A stretch of DNA of 64,000 bases. Source: Myxococcota bacterium (GTDB taxonomy: Bacteria > Myxococcota_A > UBA796 > CAJQPC01). The stretch covers positions 32,001-96,000 of the forward strand of contig DASCPX010000189.1 of NCBI GenBank assembly GCA_036012755.1, in the 5' to 3' direction. The notes under the pieces are model-generated. The model was not told the origin of the DNA. It saw nothing but the letters and a program-made list of their open reading frames with translations, and ran no database searches. This document shows, in pieces, positions 30,681 through 40,932 of the stretch; position 1 is the stretch's first letter; each line of letters opens with the position of its first letter. A program made the translations under genes and the position numbers.

Positions 30681-31166
30681 TTACAGCGGCAGGTCCGTGT
30701 CCGGGAAGAACAGGATCTGGATGCCCTTGATGAGGGCGTAGGCGCCGACGACACCGGTGGCGCTTCCGGCGATGCCCCCGAGGAGCGCGGCTCGGGTCGT
30801 GCGTCGCTTGCCGGTCTCCTGGTAGCCGTAGAGGTAGCCGGCCCGGTACTGCTCCTCTCGCTGTTCCCAGGGCCCTGGTTCCGGGATCGGGGGGTTGGAC
30901 GAGGCCGCGACCGGTGGGACGATGCACCCCGCGACCGCCAGCGGCGATCCGCAGATCCCACAGCTGAAGGTGGCGGTGCCGGCGATGACCAGCCCCGCCG
31001 CGCCGCCCAGCACGGCCGGCCTGAGCACGCTGCGCCCCTCCGCGTCCTGGCGCCCATCGACGTAGCCCTGCTCGTACTCTGTGATCGCCCTGGCCGAGCA
31101 CGTCAGCGTGTAGGGATTGGTCTCCGGGAGTCCCGCGAGGGCTCCGCCGACGAGGAGCAGAAGCAT
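30681..31166 (-). CDS. Hypothetical membrane protein
   Basis: 161 aa with a signal, two hydrophobic segments and YEQGYVDG / YRAGYLYGY motifs. Confidence 0.55.
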   Translation of the reverse strand: MLLLLVGGALAGLPETNPYTLTCSARAITEYEQGYVDGRQDAEGRSVLRPAVLGGAAGLVIAGTATFSCGICGSPLAVAGCIVPPVAASSNPPIPEPGPWEQREEQYRAGYLYGYQETGKRRTTRAALLGGIAGSATGVVGAYALIKGIQILFFPDTDLPL

Positions 31167-31216
31167 GCAGGGAAGGCTACTCGGTAATCTCGGCCCATCC
31201 CAAGTCTGGAGCCCCC

Positions 31217-33829
31217 GTGGCCTACGAGAAGTTCACCGTCAAGGCCGTAGAGGCCATCGCAGAGGCTCAGCGCATCGCTGGGCGCCTCGGCAATCCGGAG
31301 ATCAGACCCGCTCACCTCCTCCTGGCTCTTCTGGAGCAGGACAAGGGCGTCGTCCCGAACATCATCTCCCGCGTCGGCGCCGACCCGCGGACAGTGGAAC
31401 AGGGCGCGGCCCAGATCGTGGACGCCCTGTCGAAGGTCAGCGGCGGCGCGAAGGCCGACATGTCTCGCGAGCTGCAGAAGGCGCTCGAGATCGCCGAGAA
31501 GACCTCGCGCCGGTACAAGGACACCCACGTCGCCAGCGAGATGCTCCTGCTGGGCCTCGAGAAGGCCAAGAGCAAGACCAGGCAGCTGCTGCACGATCAT
31601 GGTCTCAGCGAGGATCGGCTCGTCAGCGCGATCGAGGCGCTTCGCGGCGGCCAGAACGTCGACGGCCGAGAGGCCGAGGGCAACTACGAGGCCCTCGAGA
31701 AGTACACGCGCGACCTCACCCAGGACGCTGCCGACGGCAAGATCGATCCCATCATCGGGCGCGACGAGGAGATCCGTCGCACTCTGCAGGTGCTCTCTCG
31801 ACGGACGAAGAACAACCCGATCCTCATCGGCGAGCCCGGTGTCGGAAAGACGGCGATCGTCGAGGGCATCGCCCAGCGCATCGCCAAGGACGACGTGCCC
31901 GAGTCCCTCAAGGACAAGATGGTCCTGTCCCTGGACCTCGCCGCGCTGGTCGCCGGGGCCAAGTTCCAGGGGGAGTTCGAAGAGCGACTCAAGACCGTCC
32001 TGAGCGAGATCGAGAACAGCGACGGCGCCGTGATCCTGTTCATCGACGAGGTCCACATGATGGTCGGCGCCGGAAAGGGCGCCGGCGGCATGGACGCCGC
32101 CAACATGCTCAAGCCGGCGCTGGCTCGGGGCGAGCTGCGCTGCATCGGCGCCACGACGCTGGACGAGTACCGCAAGCACCTCGAGAAGGACAAGGCCCTG
32201 GAGCGGCGCTTCCAGCCGGTGCTCGTCGAGGAACCCAGCGTCCAGTCCACCATCCAGATCCTGCGTGGGATCAAGGACCGCTACGAGGTCCACCACGGCA
32301 TCAAGATCACAGACGACGCCATCCTCGCCGCGGCCCAGCTGTCCCACCGCTACATCGCCGACCGCCACCTGCCCGACAAGGCCATCGACCTCGTCGACGA
32401 GGCAGCCTCGCGGCTGAAGATGGAGATCGAGTCCGTTCCGCAGGAGATCGACATCCTCCAGCGCACCATCACCGGGCGGAAGATCGAGCTCGCGGCGCTC
32501 GCGCGCGAGAAGGACAAGGCCGCGGTCGAGCGCGCGAACAAGCTGCGCGAGGAGATCGCCAACCTCGAGGAGGACACCAAGGGCAAGCGCAGCAAGTGGC
32601 AGGCGGAGCGGGAGCAGATGGAGCGCATCACCGACAGCCGGGAGAAGCTCGAGCAGCTCCAGCACCGCCTCGACGCAGCGACTCGCGGCGGGGACTTCGA
32701 GACCGCCGGCAAGCTCCAGTACGGTGACATCCCCCAAGCCGAGGCGGACATCGAGAAGGCCAGGGGGATCCTCGCCGAGCTGCAGAAGGACGGCGCGGTC
32801 CTGCGCGAGCACGTCACGGACGACGACATCGCCTATGTCGTGTCGAAGTGGACCGGTGTCCCCGTCACGAAGCTCCAGCAGTCCGAGCAGGAGAAGCTCC
32901 TGCGGATGGAGGACAACCTCCACAAGCGGGTCATCGGCCAGGACGAGGCCATCGTGGCCGTCAGTGACGCAGTGCGCCGAGCGCGCGCGGGGCTGCAGGA
33001 CCCGGACCGGCCGATCGGCAGCTTCATGTTCCTCGGCCCGACCGGTGTCGGAAAGACCGAGCTCGCGCGGGCGCTCGCCGAGTTCCTCTTCGACGACGAC
33101 TCGGCGATGGTTCGCATCGACATGTCCGAGTACATGGAGAAGCACTCGGTAGCGCGCTTGATCGGCGCTCCTCCTGGCTACGTCGGCTACGACGAGGGCG
33201 GGCAGCTCACCGAGGCGGTGCGACGGCGCCCCTACAGCGTCGTGCTCCTCGACGAGGTCGAGAAGGCCCACGGCGATGTCTTCAACACGCTGCTCCAGGT
33301 CCTCGACGATGGACGCCTCACGGACTCGAAGGGGCGCACCGTCGACTTCAAGAACTGCGTCCTCATCATGACGAGCAACGTGGGCTCCCGGCACCTCTTC
33401 GAGCACCAGACGGACTACGACACGGCCAAGGCCATGGTGATGAAGGAGCTGCAGGCCCACTTTCGGCCGGAGTTCCTCAACCGCATCGACGACATCGTTG
33501 TCTTCGAGGCCCTCCGGCGGGAGCACATCGACAAGATCTTCTGGATCCAGCTCAAGCGCGTCCAGGCCCTGCTGGCCGAGCGGGATCTGAACATCGAGGT
33601 GACACCGGCGGCGGCGGCGGCGCTCTCGGAAGCTGGTTTCGACCCGGCATACGGCGCGCGACCGCTCAAACGCGCCATCCAGAACTACATGCTGAACCCG
33701 ATGAGCAAGGCCATCGTCGGCGGCGGTTATGGGCCGAAGGACACGATCGTCGTGGACCTCGTCGAGGACGACACGGCTCCGGATGGCAAGATCACCTTCA
33801 CGAGGATTCCATCGCCGCCCGAGGAGTGA
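31217..33829 (+). CDS. clpB: ATP-dependent disaggregase ClpB
   Basis: 870 aa: Clp N-domain, AAA1 (GEPGVGKT), coiled-coil middle domain, AAA2 ([40 protein letters not shown]). Confidence 0.97.
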   Translation: MAYEKFTVKAVEAIAEAQRIAGRLGNPEIRPAHLLLALLEQDKGVVPNIISRVGADPRTVEQGAAQIVDALSKVSGGAKADMSRELQKALEIAEKTSRRYKDTHVASEMLLLGLEKAKSKTRQLLHDHGLSEDRLVSAIEALRGGQNVDGREAEGNYEALEKYTRDLTQDAADGKIDPIIGRDEEIRRTLQVLSRRTKNNPILIGEPGVGKTAIVEGIAQRIAKDDVPESLKDKMVLSLDLAALVAGAKFQGEFEERLKTVLSEIENSDGAVILFIDEVHMMVGAGKGAGGMDAANMLKPALARGELRCIGATTLDEYRKHLEKDKALERRFQPVLVEEPSVQSTIQILRGIKDRYEVHHGIKITDDAILAAAQLSHRYIADRHLPDKAIDLVDEAASRLKMEIESVPQEIDILQRTITGRKIELAALAREKDKAAVERANKLREEIANLEEDTKGKRSKWQAEREQMERITDSREKLEQLQHRLDAATRGGDFETAGKLQYGDIPQAEADIEKARGILAELQKDGAVLREHVTDDDIAYVVSKWTGVPVTKLQQSEQEKLLRMEDNLHKRVIGQDEAIVAVSDAVRRARAGLQDPDRPIGSFMFLGPTGVGKTELARALAEFLFDDDSAMVRIDMSEYMEKHSVARLIGAPPGYVGYDEGGQLTEAVRRRPYSVVLLDEVEKAHGDVFNTLLQVLDDGRLTDSKGRTVDFKNCVLIMTSNVGSRHLFEHQTDYDTAKAMVMKELQAHFRPEFLNRIDDIVVFEALRREHIDKIFWIQLKRVQALLAERDLNIEVTPAAAAALSEAGFDPAYGARPLKRAIQNYMLNPMSKAIVGGGYGPKDTIVVDLVEDDTAPDGKITFTRIPSPPEE

Positions 33830-33854
33830 GCGCGCCCGCCCGGGAGGGCCAGCA

Positions 33855-34462
33855 GTGATCGAGACCCTGAATGCAGTCCAGTACGCGCAGCGGGTGCGAA
33901 AGCGCAGCGTCGGGCCAGTGATCCTGGCAGCGGCCGGGAGCGCAAAGGACGGCGCGGCCCGCATCGTCTCCTACTCGATCGTCGGCCACGGCTTGAAGCT
34001 GCTCGACGATCGCCACGTCGAGGCCAAGATCCCCCCCAGATCCGCAAGATCCTCCTCGGCTCGTCCATCGCCACCTGTGACGCGAAGGCCGGGGAGAGCG
34101 CCCGCTGGGTCTGGGCGGAGCAAGGCGACAGCATCATGCTCTGGTCCGAGCTGAAGCTGCGCGTCGGCGCTCGGGCTTCGGGGGTCGAGCTTCGAGGCGC
34201 CACAGGCACCCGCACCATCCCGCGCGCCTCGATCCTGGGACTGAAGGTCGAGGTGAGCGAGATCTGGGACACGGTCCGCGTCATGGCCACGACCAGACAC
34301 GGCCCGGTCGGGCTCGTCGCCAAGACCGACCGCTCGGTGCTGCGGGACCCGGACTACGATGAAGACTCTCTCGTTCGCGACACCTACTGGGTCACGAGCT
34401 TCGCAGAGGCTGTCGCCGACAAGCTGGGCGTGCCGCTCGAGCTGGCGGAGGAGCTTCGTTAG
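33855..34462 (+). pseudogene. Hypothetical protein split by a frameshift at a C7 run
   Basis: GGAGGG RBS and GTG at 33855. One extra C in the run at 34031-34037 would give ...KIPPQIRKILLG... continuing into ORF 34136-34462. Confidence 0.55.
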
Positions 34463-35187
34463 AAGTCCGGGTCGACCTCGACGAGGTTGCCGATCAGCGT
34501 CAGGTTGTCGCCGTTGTCGTACTTGCCCGTGTCGTCGATGAAGCTGAAGTCGCCGATGACGACCACGTCGCCGCCCCAGGCCGGACGCTCTGCCGTTCCG
34601 TAGGTGTAGCGGCTGGAGGTGAACAACGGCGTCGTGCCGTTGACCTCCACGATGCAGGGCTCCTGCAGGTAGACATCGCCCACACCCTCAGTGATCTGGG
34701 AGCCTGCCGTGGCCGGGATGATCTCGGTGGTCTCGGAGTTGTCACCGACGAGCCGGGCGCTGGCTCCCAGCTGCTCCAGCAGCGGGTTGACCGTGCTCCC
34801 CACGCAGTTGCCGACGTCCACCAGCACGATGATCCGGGTGCCAGCCTCCATGGCGTCGGTCAACAGCGCGACGTCGTCCTCCTGCCAGCTGTAGGGCTCA
34901 CGGGAGCCTGGGTCCATGAGGAACACAGCGCGGAACTTGGAGGGGGTGCCGAGGGTGTCACGAGCCTCGACCGCGAAGCCGTAGTGCTCCCCGATCCAGT
35001 CCTCCATGTCGTCGCTGTCGCCGCGCCCGCTCGACTCGCCGGGCTCCCCCCCGTGGCCGTCGTAGAAGAGGACCTTGTTCTGGGTGGGGTAGACGATGTC
35101 GTGTTCGACGGGGGTGCTGTCCTCTCCTCCAGACTCGACGGTGCTGTCGTCCTCGCTGCCGATACACGCGCAGAGCCAGATGAACAC
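34459..35187 (-). CDS. Acidic lipoprotein, GldG/DUF4350-like (class-I GAT-like fold)
   Basis: AGGAGG RBS, MFIWLCAC lipobox, VLFYDGHG, GGDVVVIGDFSFI, DNLTLIGNL. Confidence 0.6.
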   Translation of the reverse strand: MFIWLCACIGSEDDSTVESGGEDSTPVEHDIVYPTQNKVLFYDGHGGEPGESSGRGDSDDMEDWIGEHYGFAVEARDTLGTPSKFRAVFLMDPGSREPYSWQEDDVALLTDAMEAGTRIIVLVDVGNCVGSTVNPLLEQLGASARLVGDNSETTEIIPATAGSQITEGVGDVYLQEPCIVEVNGTTPLFTSSRYTYGTAERPAWGGDVVVIGDFSFIDDTGKYDNGDNLTLIGNLVEVDPDF

Positions 35188-35207
35188 GGGGCCTCCTCGC
35201 CCTCAAC

Positions 35208-36671
35208 CTACCCCGAGCGCAAGACCCGCACGAGCACCTTGCGCAGCTCGTTTGCGTCGATGGGCTTTCCGAGGATGTCGTTCATCCCAGAGGCCAGCGC
35301 TGCTGGCCGCTCGTCCGCCACGCTGCTGGCTGTCACGGCGATGATGGGCAGCTCAGCTCCGGCGGCACGCATGGCTCGGGCGGCGTCGTAGCCGTCCATC
35401 ACCGGCATCTGGCAGTCCATCAGGACGAGGTCGTAGGTGTGGCGGTGGAGGGTCTCGACCGCCTCTGCGCCGTTGTGGGCGTAGCTCACGGTGCAGCCGA
35501 GGCGCTCGACCAGGCGCCCGAGGACGATCTGGTTCACCGGGTTGTCCTCGACGACGAGGACGCGTGGACCCTGGGCCGGCATCCTCGCCAGTCGGTCCGG
35601 AACTCGGATCGCGGCCCGTCCCATCGGCAGCGTGAACCAGAAGCGCGTCCCTCGGCCGGGCGCGGACGAGGCCTGCAGGTTTCCGCCCATCAGCTCCACG
35701 AGCTGCCGGGAGATGGCCAGCCCGAGACCCGTGCCGCCGTAGCGCCGCGTCGTCGAGGGGTCCGCCTGGGAGAATGGCTGGAAGACGCGGGCCATGGCGG
35801 CATCAGAGATGCCGATGCCGGTGTCTTCGACCTCGAAGCGCAGCAGCACGCCGTCGTTGCTGTCGCGAAGGAACTCGACGCTGACCTCGACGGAGCCTGT
35901 TTCGGTGAACTTCAGCGCGTTGCTGACGAGGTTGGTCAGGACCTGACCGATCCGGATGGCGTCGCCACGCAGCGCGTTCGGGACGGCCTCGTCGATGCGG
36001 ATGGCGAAGTCGAGACCTCGCTCCTTCGCCGCGAGCTCGAAGGGACCCAGCACGCGGTCGATGACATCTCGCAGGCTCATCGGCACGCGCTCGACCTGCA
36101 TTCGACCCGCGTCCAGCTTGGCGAAGTCCAGGATGGCGTTGAGCAGCGACAGGAGGCTCTGGCCGGAGTCCCGGACCATCTCCGCGTAGGCCGACTGCTG
36201 TTCGTCGAGCTCCGTGTCCAGGAGCAGATCGGCCATGCCGATGACGCCGTTGAGCGGCGTCCGGACCTCGTGGCTCATGTTGGCGAGGAAGGCGCTCTTC
36301 AGCTCGCTCTCGCGGCGCGCCTCCTCTCGCTCTCGCTCCAGCTCGTGGGTCTGGGTGCGGCGCTGCGTGACGTCCTCGAACACGATGAGCCATGCCCTGG
36401 CGCCGCCCCACTCCACGGGACAGCTTCGTGTGCTGAGGATGCGGGGCTCTGGCCCCCCGACCTCGAGGTCGATGCCGTAGTCCGCGCCGAGATCGAGCGG
36501 GAGGGGCAGACCGGAGAGGGCTCCAGCCTCGACCTCGAGGAGCCGCTCCGAGTAGGGGTTGGCGTACTGGACGCCGCCCTCGCACAGGACGGCCACCCCG
36601 AGAGGCAGGCGGTCGAGGATCTCCAGGTCGGCGCCTGCTGTCATCTTCGGCGGCACGCCAGATTGTCTCAT
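35208..36671 (-). CDS. Hybrid sensor histidine kinase / response regulator with N-terminal PAS-like domain
   Basis: H-box [16 protein letters not shown]-box [22 protein letters not shown], receiver VLVVEDN..LMDCQMP..KP. Start uncertain (36644 or 36671). Confidence 0.93.
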   Translation of the reverse strand: MRQSGVPPKMTAGADLEILDRLPLGVAVLCEGGVQYANPYSERLLEVEAGALSGLPLPLDLGADYGIDLEVGGPEPRILSTRSCPVEWGGARAWLIVFEDVTQRRTQTHELEREREEARRESELKSAFLANMSHEVRTPLNGVIGMADLLLDTELDEQQSAYAEMVRDSGQSLLSLLNAILDFAKLDAGRMQVERVPMSLRDVIDRVLGPFELAAKERGLDFAIRIDEAVPNALRGDAIRIGQVLTNLVSNALKFTETGSVEVSVEFLRDSNDGVLLRFEVEDTGIGISDAAMARVFQPFSQADPSTTRRYGGTGLGLAISRQLVELMGGNLQASSAPGRGTRFWFTLPMGRAAIRVPDRLARMPAQGPRVLVVEDNPVNQIVLGRLVERLGCTVSYAHNGAEAVETLHRHTYDLVLMDCQMPVMDGYDAARAMRAAGAELPIIAVTASSVADERPAALASGMNDILGKPIDANELRKVLVRVLRSG

Positions 36672-36708
36672 GGCAGGCAGCGCCGCCGGCTCTGTGCTAC
36701 CCGAGCGC

Positions 36709-37563
36709 ATGCGCCACGCCGACTACATCGAGGCTGTCGCCGGCTTGCCCGCTCCGGCGCATCTGCGCGCGATGATGGTCTGGCTCGCAGGTCAGGAGCA
36801 GCTGGCCATCGTCGAACCGCAGGCCCGGGCCGGGCTGCACCCACTGCTCGTCCCGCTCGCGCGCTCCGACGAGGGCACGATGGCCTTGTTGAGGTGGCCG
36901 ACCCCACCGAAGGGCCTGCCGATGCCGCTCGTGCTCTGCGGCGAACACATCCGCCTGCTGTCGCTGTCAGTGGACCAGTGGCTCCACCGCCAGCTCGCCA
37001 GACGCGACGCCGCGGGGCTGTCCCTCGGTGGCCTCGGGCGGGTCTGCGAGGACCTCTACGTCCAGGGGATGCTCGAGGCCTCCTCGCTCCCCCTGACGGC
37101 CTATGTGCTCCTGAAGGTGGGGGGGCAGCCGGATCTGTACGAGGAGCTCGCGGCGGCGCATCTCGACGGGGGCGACGAGCTGGCTGCGCTCGTGACCGCC
37201 GACCGCGCGACCACCGCGATCGCCGGTTGGGGGCAGCCGCTGGTCTTCCGCATGCGGCTGCTGGCCCAGCTCGGCCGTGAGGAGGCCGCGAAGGAGGCGG
37301 CAAAGGTCGCTCTCTTGGAGCCGGTCTGGACCTTCGGCGGTCCCTTCGCGCCGGTCGCGGAGATGGCGGGCTGGTCTCAGATCTCGAGCGCGCCCTATCG
37401 CCGACTCGTGGACGACGCGGAGCTGCCCTTGGACCGGGCGGCGCACCTCATGGACGCCCTCGCGGTGGAACAGGGTGACTGGGACGGAGCCCGCGAGGAG
37501 CTCGCCGGGTGCTATCGCCAGGCAGGCCTTGCAGAGCTCGCCGCCTTCGTCAGTTCAGCTTGA
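36709..37563 (+). CDS. Protein resembling the plant chloroplast ATP-synthase assembly factor PAB
   Basis: GLHPLLVPLA, ALLRWPT.P.G..MP, LYxxG, YVLLKVG..PDLYE, HLDGGD..AALVT, GWGQP, GR..AKEAAKVAL..P.WT.G, LDRAAHLMD, CYRQAGL. These are collinear with PAB as recalled from memory. Confidence 0.75.
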   Translation: MRHADYIEAVAGLPAPAHLRAMMVWLAGQEQLAIVEPQARAGLHPLLVPLARSDEGTMALLRWPTPPKGLPMPLVLCGEHIRLLSLSVDQWLHRQLARRDAAGLSLGGLGRVCEDLYVQGMLEASSLPLTAYVLLKVGGQPDLYEELAAAHLDGGDELAALVTADRATTAIAGWGQPLVFRMRLLAQLGREEAAKEAAKVALLEPVWTFGGPFAPVAEMAGWSQISSAPYRRLVDDAELPLDRAAHLMDALAVEQGDWDGAREELAGCYRQAGLAELAAFVSSA

Positions 37564-38521
37564 CCCGGGCCCGAACGGCGCGATGGTCTGCCTCTGGAAG
37601 TCGCAGGTAGCGGATTGCGCTGATGTCGACCTCACCAGCCAGGACCTGGTCGAGGCGGAAGAACGGGGCGTTGGGCCAGCCGCCACCGGCGGGCCACGTC
37701 GAGCCCCAGATACCGAACCAGCGGGTCTCGTCGACCAGGCCGGTGTCGGTGAGGCTGCGGTGTACGCGGCTGCCGGGCACGTAGTTCATGTCGCCCATCA
37801 CCAGCACCGGATCCTGGTCGACACAGGGTCCCCAGTCGCCGGCGATGCGGCCTTCGTCCACGTGTTCGACGACCTCTGAGACATACGGACTGATCCCTTC
37901 GCTGCAGGTCGGCAACGGCGGCGGCGCGTGCATGCCGACGATGCAGATCGCGGCCTCGACCCGGACCAGGGCGATGGGCATGCCGCAGCCGGGCAGGTCG
38001 CCGAACTCCTCTGTGATCTCGCCCTGACAGAAGAGCTCCTTTCTGCAGAAGACCGCGGATCCGTGGGAGTCGCGCGGCAAGTCGCGATCGTAGTTGTCGG
38101 CCACCCGCTGCATGCCCGGCACGCGTTCGCCGCGCTTCTCCACGGTCACGACGACGTCGGCGTTCAGCTCGCCCAGGGCATCTTCCAGGGGTCTATCGGC
38201 CTCTGAGTAGGCCTGGACGTTGGCGACGACGACGAGCAGCGCTTCCTCGTCATCGGGACCCAGCGGCGGTACGCCGGCCGCCAACAACGCGAAGACGGCC
38301 CAGGCGACGTAGACCTTCCGGCGGTCTCTCCATGCCCAGTAGAGTGCCCACGGCACCCATGCCAGCACGAGCCAGCGGGGCAGGGTGAGCAGGACCGAGC
38401 GGGCCGCGGACCACCAGAGGGCGTCCTCGGAGAGCAGGGCGGCGATGCCTCCGGAGCAGAGCATCGCCAACAGCGGCAGCGAGAAGCCCGCCCAGAACTT
38501 GAGTCGGGCGAGGGACCTCAC
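37550..38521 (-). CDS. Membrane-anchored endonuclease/exonuclease/phosphatase (EEP) family protein
   Basis: N-terminal TM helices, VANV, VGMH, VMGDMN, TWP, LDQVL, ADHRAV. Confidence 0.85.
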   Translation of the reverse strand: MRSLARLKFWAGFSLPLLAMLCSGGIAALLSEDALWWSAARSVLLTLPRWLVLAWVPWALYWAWRDRRKVYVAWAVFALLAAGVPPLGPDDEEALLVVVANVQAYSEADRPLEDALGELNADVVVTVEKRGERVPGMQRVADNYDRDLPRDSHGSAVFCRKELFCQGEITEEFGDLPGCGMPIALVRVEAAICIVGMHAPPPLPTCSEGISPYVSEVVEHVDEGRIAGDWGPCVDQDPVLVMGDMNYVPGSRVHRSLTDTGLVDETRWFGIWGSTWPAGGGWPNAPFFRLDQVLAGEVDISAIRYLRLPEADHRAVRARVKLN

Positions 38522-39024
38522 TCTTGCCAGGCGGGCGGCATGGCGTCGTTGACGATGACCTTGCCGCCCTCGCTGCGGACCAGCCGGGCGACGGTGTCGG
38601 TGTCGCTGCCGAAGAGCAGCCGACTCACGAAGGGGCGATCAGCGCGGCAGAGGTAGACCACGTCGAAGTCCACCGCGGCTTCTCCAGCCAGCTCGGCGTA
38701 GTCTCCCTGGATCTCCTCTGCGCTGAAGACGACGCCGTCGAGCGTGCTGGCGCCACGCTTCGCGCGCTCGAGGCGACGCATCGCGGTGGCGTGGTGCTGC
38801 TTCTCCAGCGACTCCAGGATGTGGTCCTGCGGGCTCATGCCGAGGAAGGCCCGGTCATCGACGCTCGACTTCACGCGGGCGAGTTCCTCTGTCTCTCTGA
38901 TGTAGAGGATGTGAAGGCCCGCGGAGCCGTCCACGCTCGCGATGCTGGCCGCTTCGGAGAGCGCGCCGTCCAGTGATGCCTTCGCGTAGCGTGTCGTCGA
39001 CAGGATGAGGAGCACGCGCTTCAC
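38518..39024 (-). CDS. Universal-stress-protein-like protein
   Basis: GTG start overlapping the DASS stop. KRVLLILST, LHILYI, SRLLFGSDTDTVAR. Confidence 0.7.
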   Translation of the reverse strand: MKRVLLILSTTRYAKASLDGALSEAASIASVDGSAGLHILYIRETEELARVKSSVDDRAFLGMSPQDHILESLEKQHHATAMRRLERAKRGASTLDGVVFSAEEIQGDYAELAGEAAVDFDVVYLCRADRPFVSRLLFGSDTDTVARLVRSEGGKVIVNDAMPPAWQE

Positions 39025-40424
39025 GTCAGCACCCCGAGTCCGAGGAGGGGCCAGGCGTACATCACGACGAGCACCAGGACGCCGAGGGACACCAGGGACA
39101 GGACCGAGCCGACCACCACCGCACGACGAATCCCGACGTAGCCGGTACCGAAGACCATCGCCATCGCCGGGGTAGAGGTGGGCATCGAGAACGCCAGACC
39201 GCAGGCGACCGACATGAGGATGGTGACCGTCCGCCCGTCCAGGCCCAGGTGTGGGGAGATGGCGAGCACCGCCGGGAGAGCCAGGGCGATGACCGCGGCG
39301 TTGCTGACGAACTCGGTCATGAGCATGGCCAGACCGGCGATGACCAGGACGGCGACGAAGACCGGTGCCGAGCCCTGGGGCAGGACCGAGTCGACGACCC
39401 AGCCCATCGCGCCGCTCTTGTCGACCCCCGCGCCGATGGCGATGGCGCCGCCGTAGAGCAGCACGATGCCCCAGTTCACGTAGCGCTCGGCGATCTTCCA
39501 CTGGAGCACGCCCAGGGCAAAGAGCGAGGCACCACCGAGCAGGGCGACGGTGCCCAGGCCGTAGGTGGGCCCATAGATCACGAGGCACGGGATCACCAAC
39601 GCGAGGACGAACAGGGTGCGGATCTCGAGCGAGGACACGGCGCCCATCTCCGCCACCTCGGCGTCCAGCTTTGCCACCGCCGGGGCCAGGGGGACGCCCT
39701 CCTCGGGGAAGGCCCGCCGCAGCCACAGGAAGACCAGCGGCAAGAGCGCCGTGCAGATGAGCGCGGTCGCGCTGCTGAACTCCAGGAAGCCGATCGGTGC
39801 CGCGTCCTGGTTGTTGTCTGCCATCCAGGTCGAGTAGGTGGAGAGCGCCAGCGAGGCCCTCGCCGACGAGAACAGCGTCAGGTTCGAGCCCACGATCGTC
39901 CCCCACGCCATCGACAGCAAGAGTCGGCGAGCCAGCCGGGAGCGGGGTCCGAGGTCAAGCGCCTGGATCAGACCCAGCACGATCGGCAGCATGAGCGCCG
40001 CCACCGCGTGGCTGACGACCACGGCGCACAGGCCCCAGCTCAGCAGCAGCACCGCCCCCGCCAACTGGTCCTCTGAGCGGGCCATCCGCCGCATGCACCA
40101 GAGTGCGAGGCGCTTCGAGAGCCCGGTTCTCAGCATCGCCGCCGCGACGAGGAAGACGCCCACCACGAAGAACACGGCCTGGTTTCCGAAGAGCGAGAAG
40201 GCCTCGGCGGGCTCGAGTACACCGAGCACGGGCAACAGGGCGAGCCCGACGAGCGCGGTCACCGGGAGCGCGACCGGGGTGAGCAGCCACCAGACGACGC
40301 AGAGCGCGAGCACGGCGAGTCCCCGCTGGCCTTCGACCGTCAGGCCCTCTGGCGTGGGCGCGACCATGATGGCCGTAGCGAGTATCGGCCCCAGGAACAG
40401 GCCGATCCGGGCCGGCCACTTCAT
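39021..40424 (-). CDS. DASS/SLC13 family anion transporter
   Basis: Start MKWPARIG. PVALPVTAL, RTGLSKRLA, VNWGIVLLYGG, TEFVSNAA, AFSMPTSTP. Confidence 0.9.
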   Translation of the reverse strand: MKWPARIGLFLGPILATAIMVAPTPEGLTVEGQRGLAVLALCVVWWLLTPVALPVTALVGLALLPVLGVLEPAEAFSLFGNQAVFFVVGVFLVAAAMLRTGLSKRLALWCMRRMARSEDQLAGAVLLLSWGLCAVVVSHAVAALMLPIVLGLIQALDLGPRSRLARRLLLSMAWGTIVGSNLTLFSSARASLALSTYSTWMADNNQDAAPIGFLEFSSATALICTALLPLVFLWLRRAFPEEGVPLAPAVAKLDAEVAEMGAVSSLEIRTLFVLALVIPCLVIYGPTYGLGTVALLGGASLFALGVLQWKIAERYVNWGIVLLYGGAIAIGAGVDKSGAMGWVVDSVLPQGSAPVFVAVLVIAGLAMLMTEFVSNAAVIALALPAVLAISPHLGLDGRTVTILMSVACGLAFSMPTSTPAMAMVFGTGYVGIRRAVVVGSVLSLVSLGVLVLVVMYAWPLLGLGVLT

Positions 40425-40855
40425 TCGGGCAAGAGCCGGTGGGCCACGACGTTGTAGGCGGCGCGGACCTGGGCCAGCGGTCGAGGATCGCCGTCTTGGA
40501 AGAGGTCGACGTTGACCACACCGACGCGGTTCCCGAGCCGCACGACCTGGGCCCGCGCGACGAGATCCCGATCGGCCTTCGCCGGGCGGAGGTAGTCGAT
40601 GCGCAGGTCCAGAGTCGCGCAGCTGTGTGCCGGAGGCAGGCGGGAGAAGACAGCGAGGCCTCCTGCGGCGTCTGCCATCGCGCTCATCACCCCGCCGTGG
40701 ATGGCGGGCAGGAGGAAGTTGCCGATGTGCTCGGGACGCGCGGGGAGGCGGATCACGCAGGTCCCGTCCGCGACGGCGTCGACCTTCATGCCTAGGGTCT
40801 TGTTGAAGGGGATGAGCTCTTCGAACAGCTCTGCCAGGCGCTCGCTCCGCTCCAC
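40421..40855 (-). CDS. PaaI-family hotdog thioesterase
   Basis: IPFNKTLG, IHGGVMSAMADAAGG, TLDLRIDYLRP. Confidence 0.9.
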   Translation of the reverse strand: MERSERLAELFEELIPFNKTLGMKVDAVADGTCVIRLPARPEHIGNFLLPAIHGGVMSAMADAAGGLAVFSRLPPAHSCATLDLRIDYLRPAKADRDLVARAQVVRLGNRVGVVNVDLFQDGDPRPLAQVRAAYNVVAHRLLPE

Positions 40856-40932
40856 ATCGTCTCCGCGTCGGGAGTGTATTCTGGCTTTTGCGGAAGGCGA
40901 CGATGTCCCGGTGGCGCACCAAGAGTGATCAG

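Noticed and set aside
31103..33964. 953-aa ORF antisense to clpB, and similar long antisense ORFs (2586-5288, 18101-20986, 48070-51129)
   Set aside because: Expected by-product of high GC3 codon bias, with no recognisable domains.
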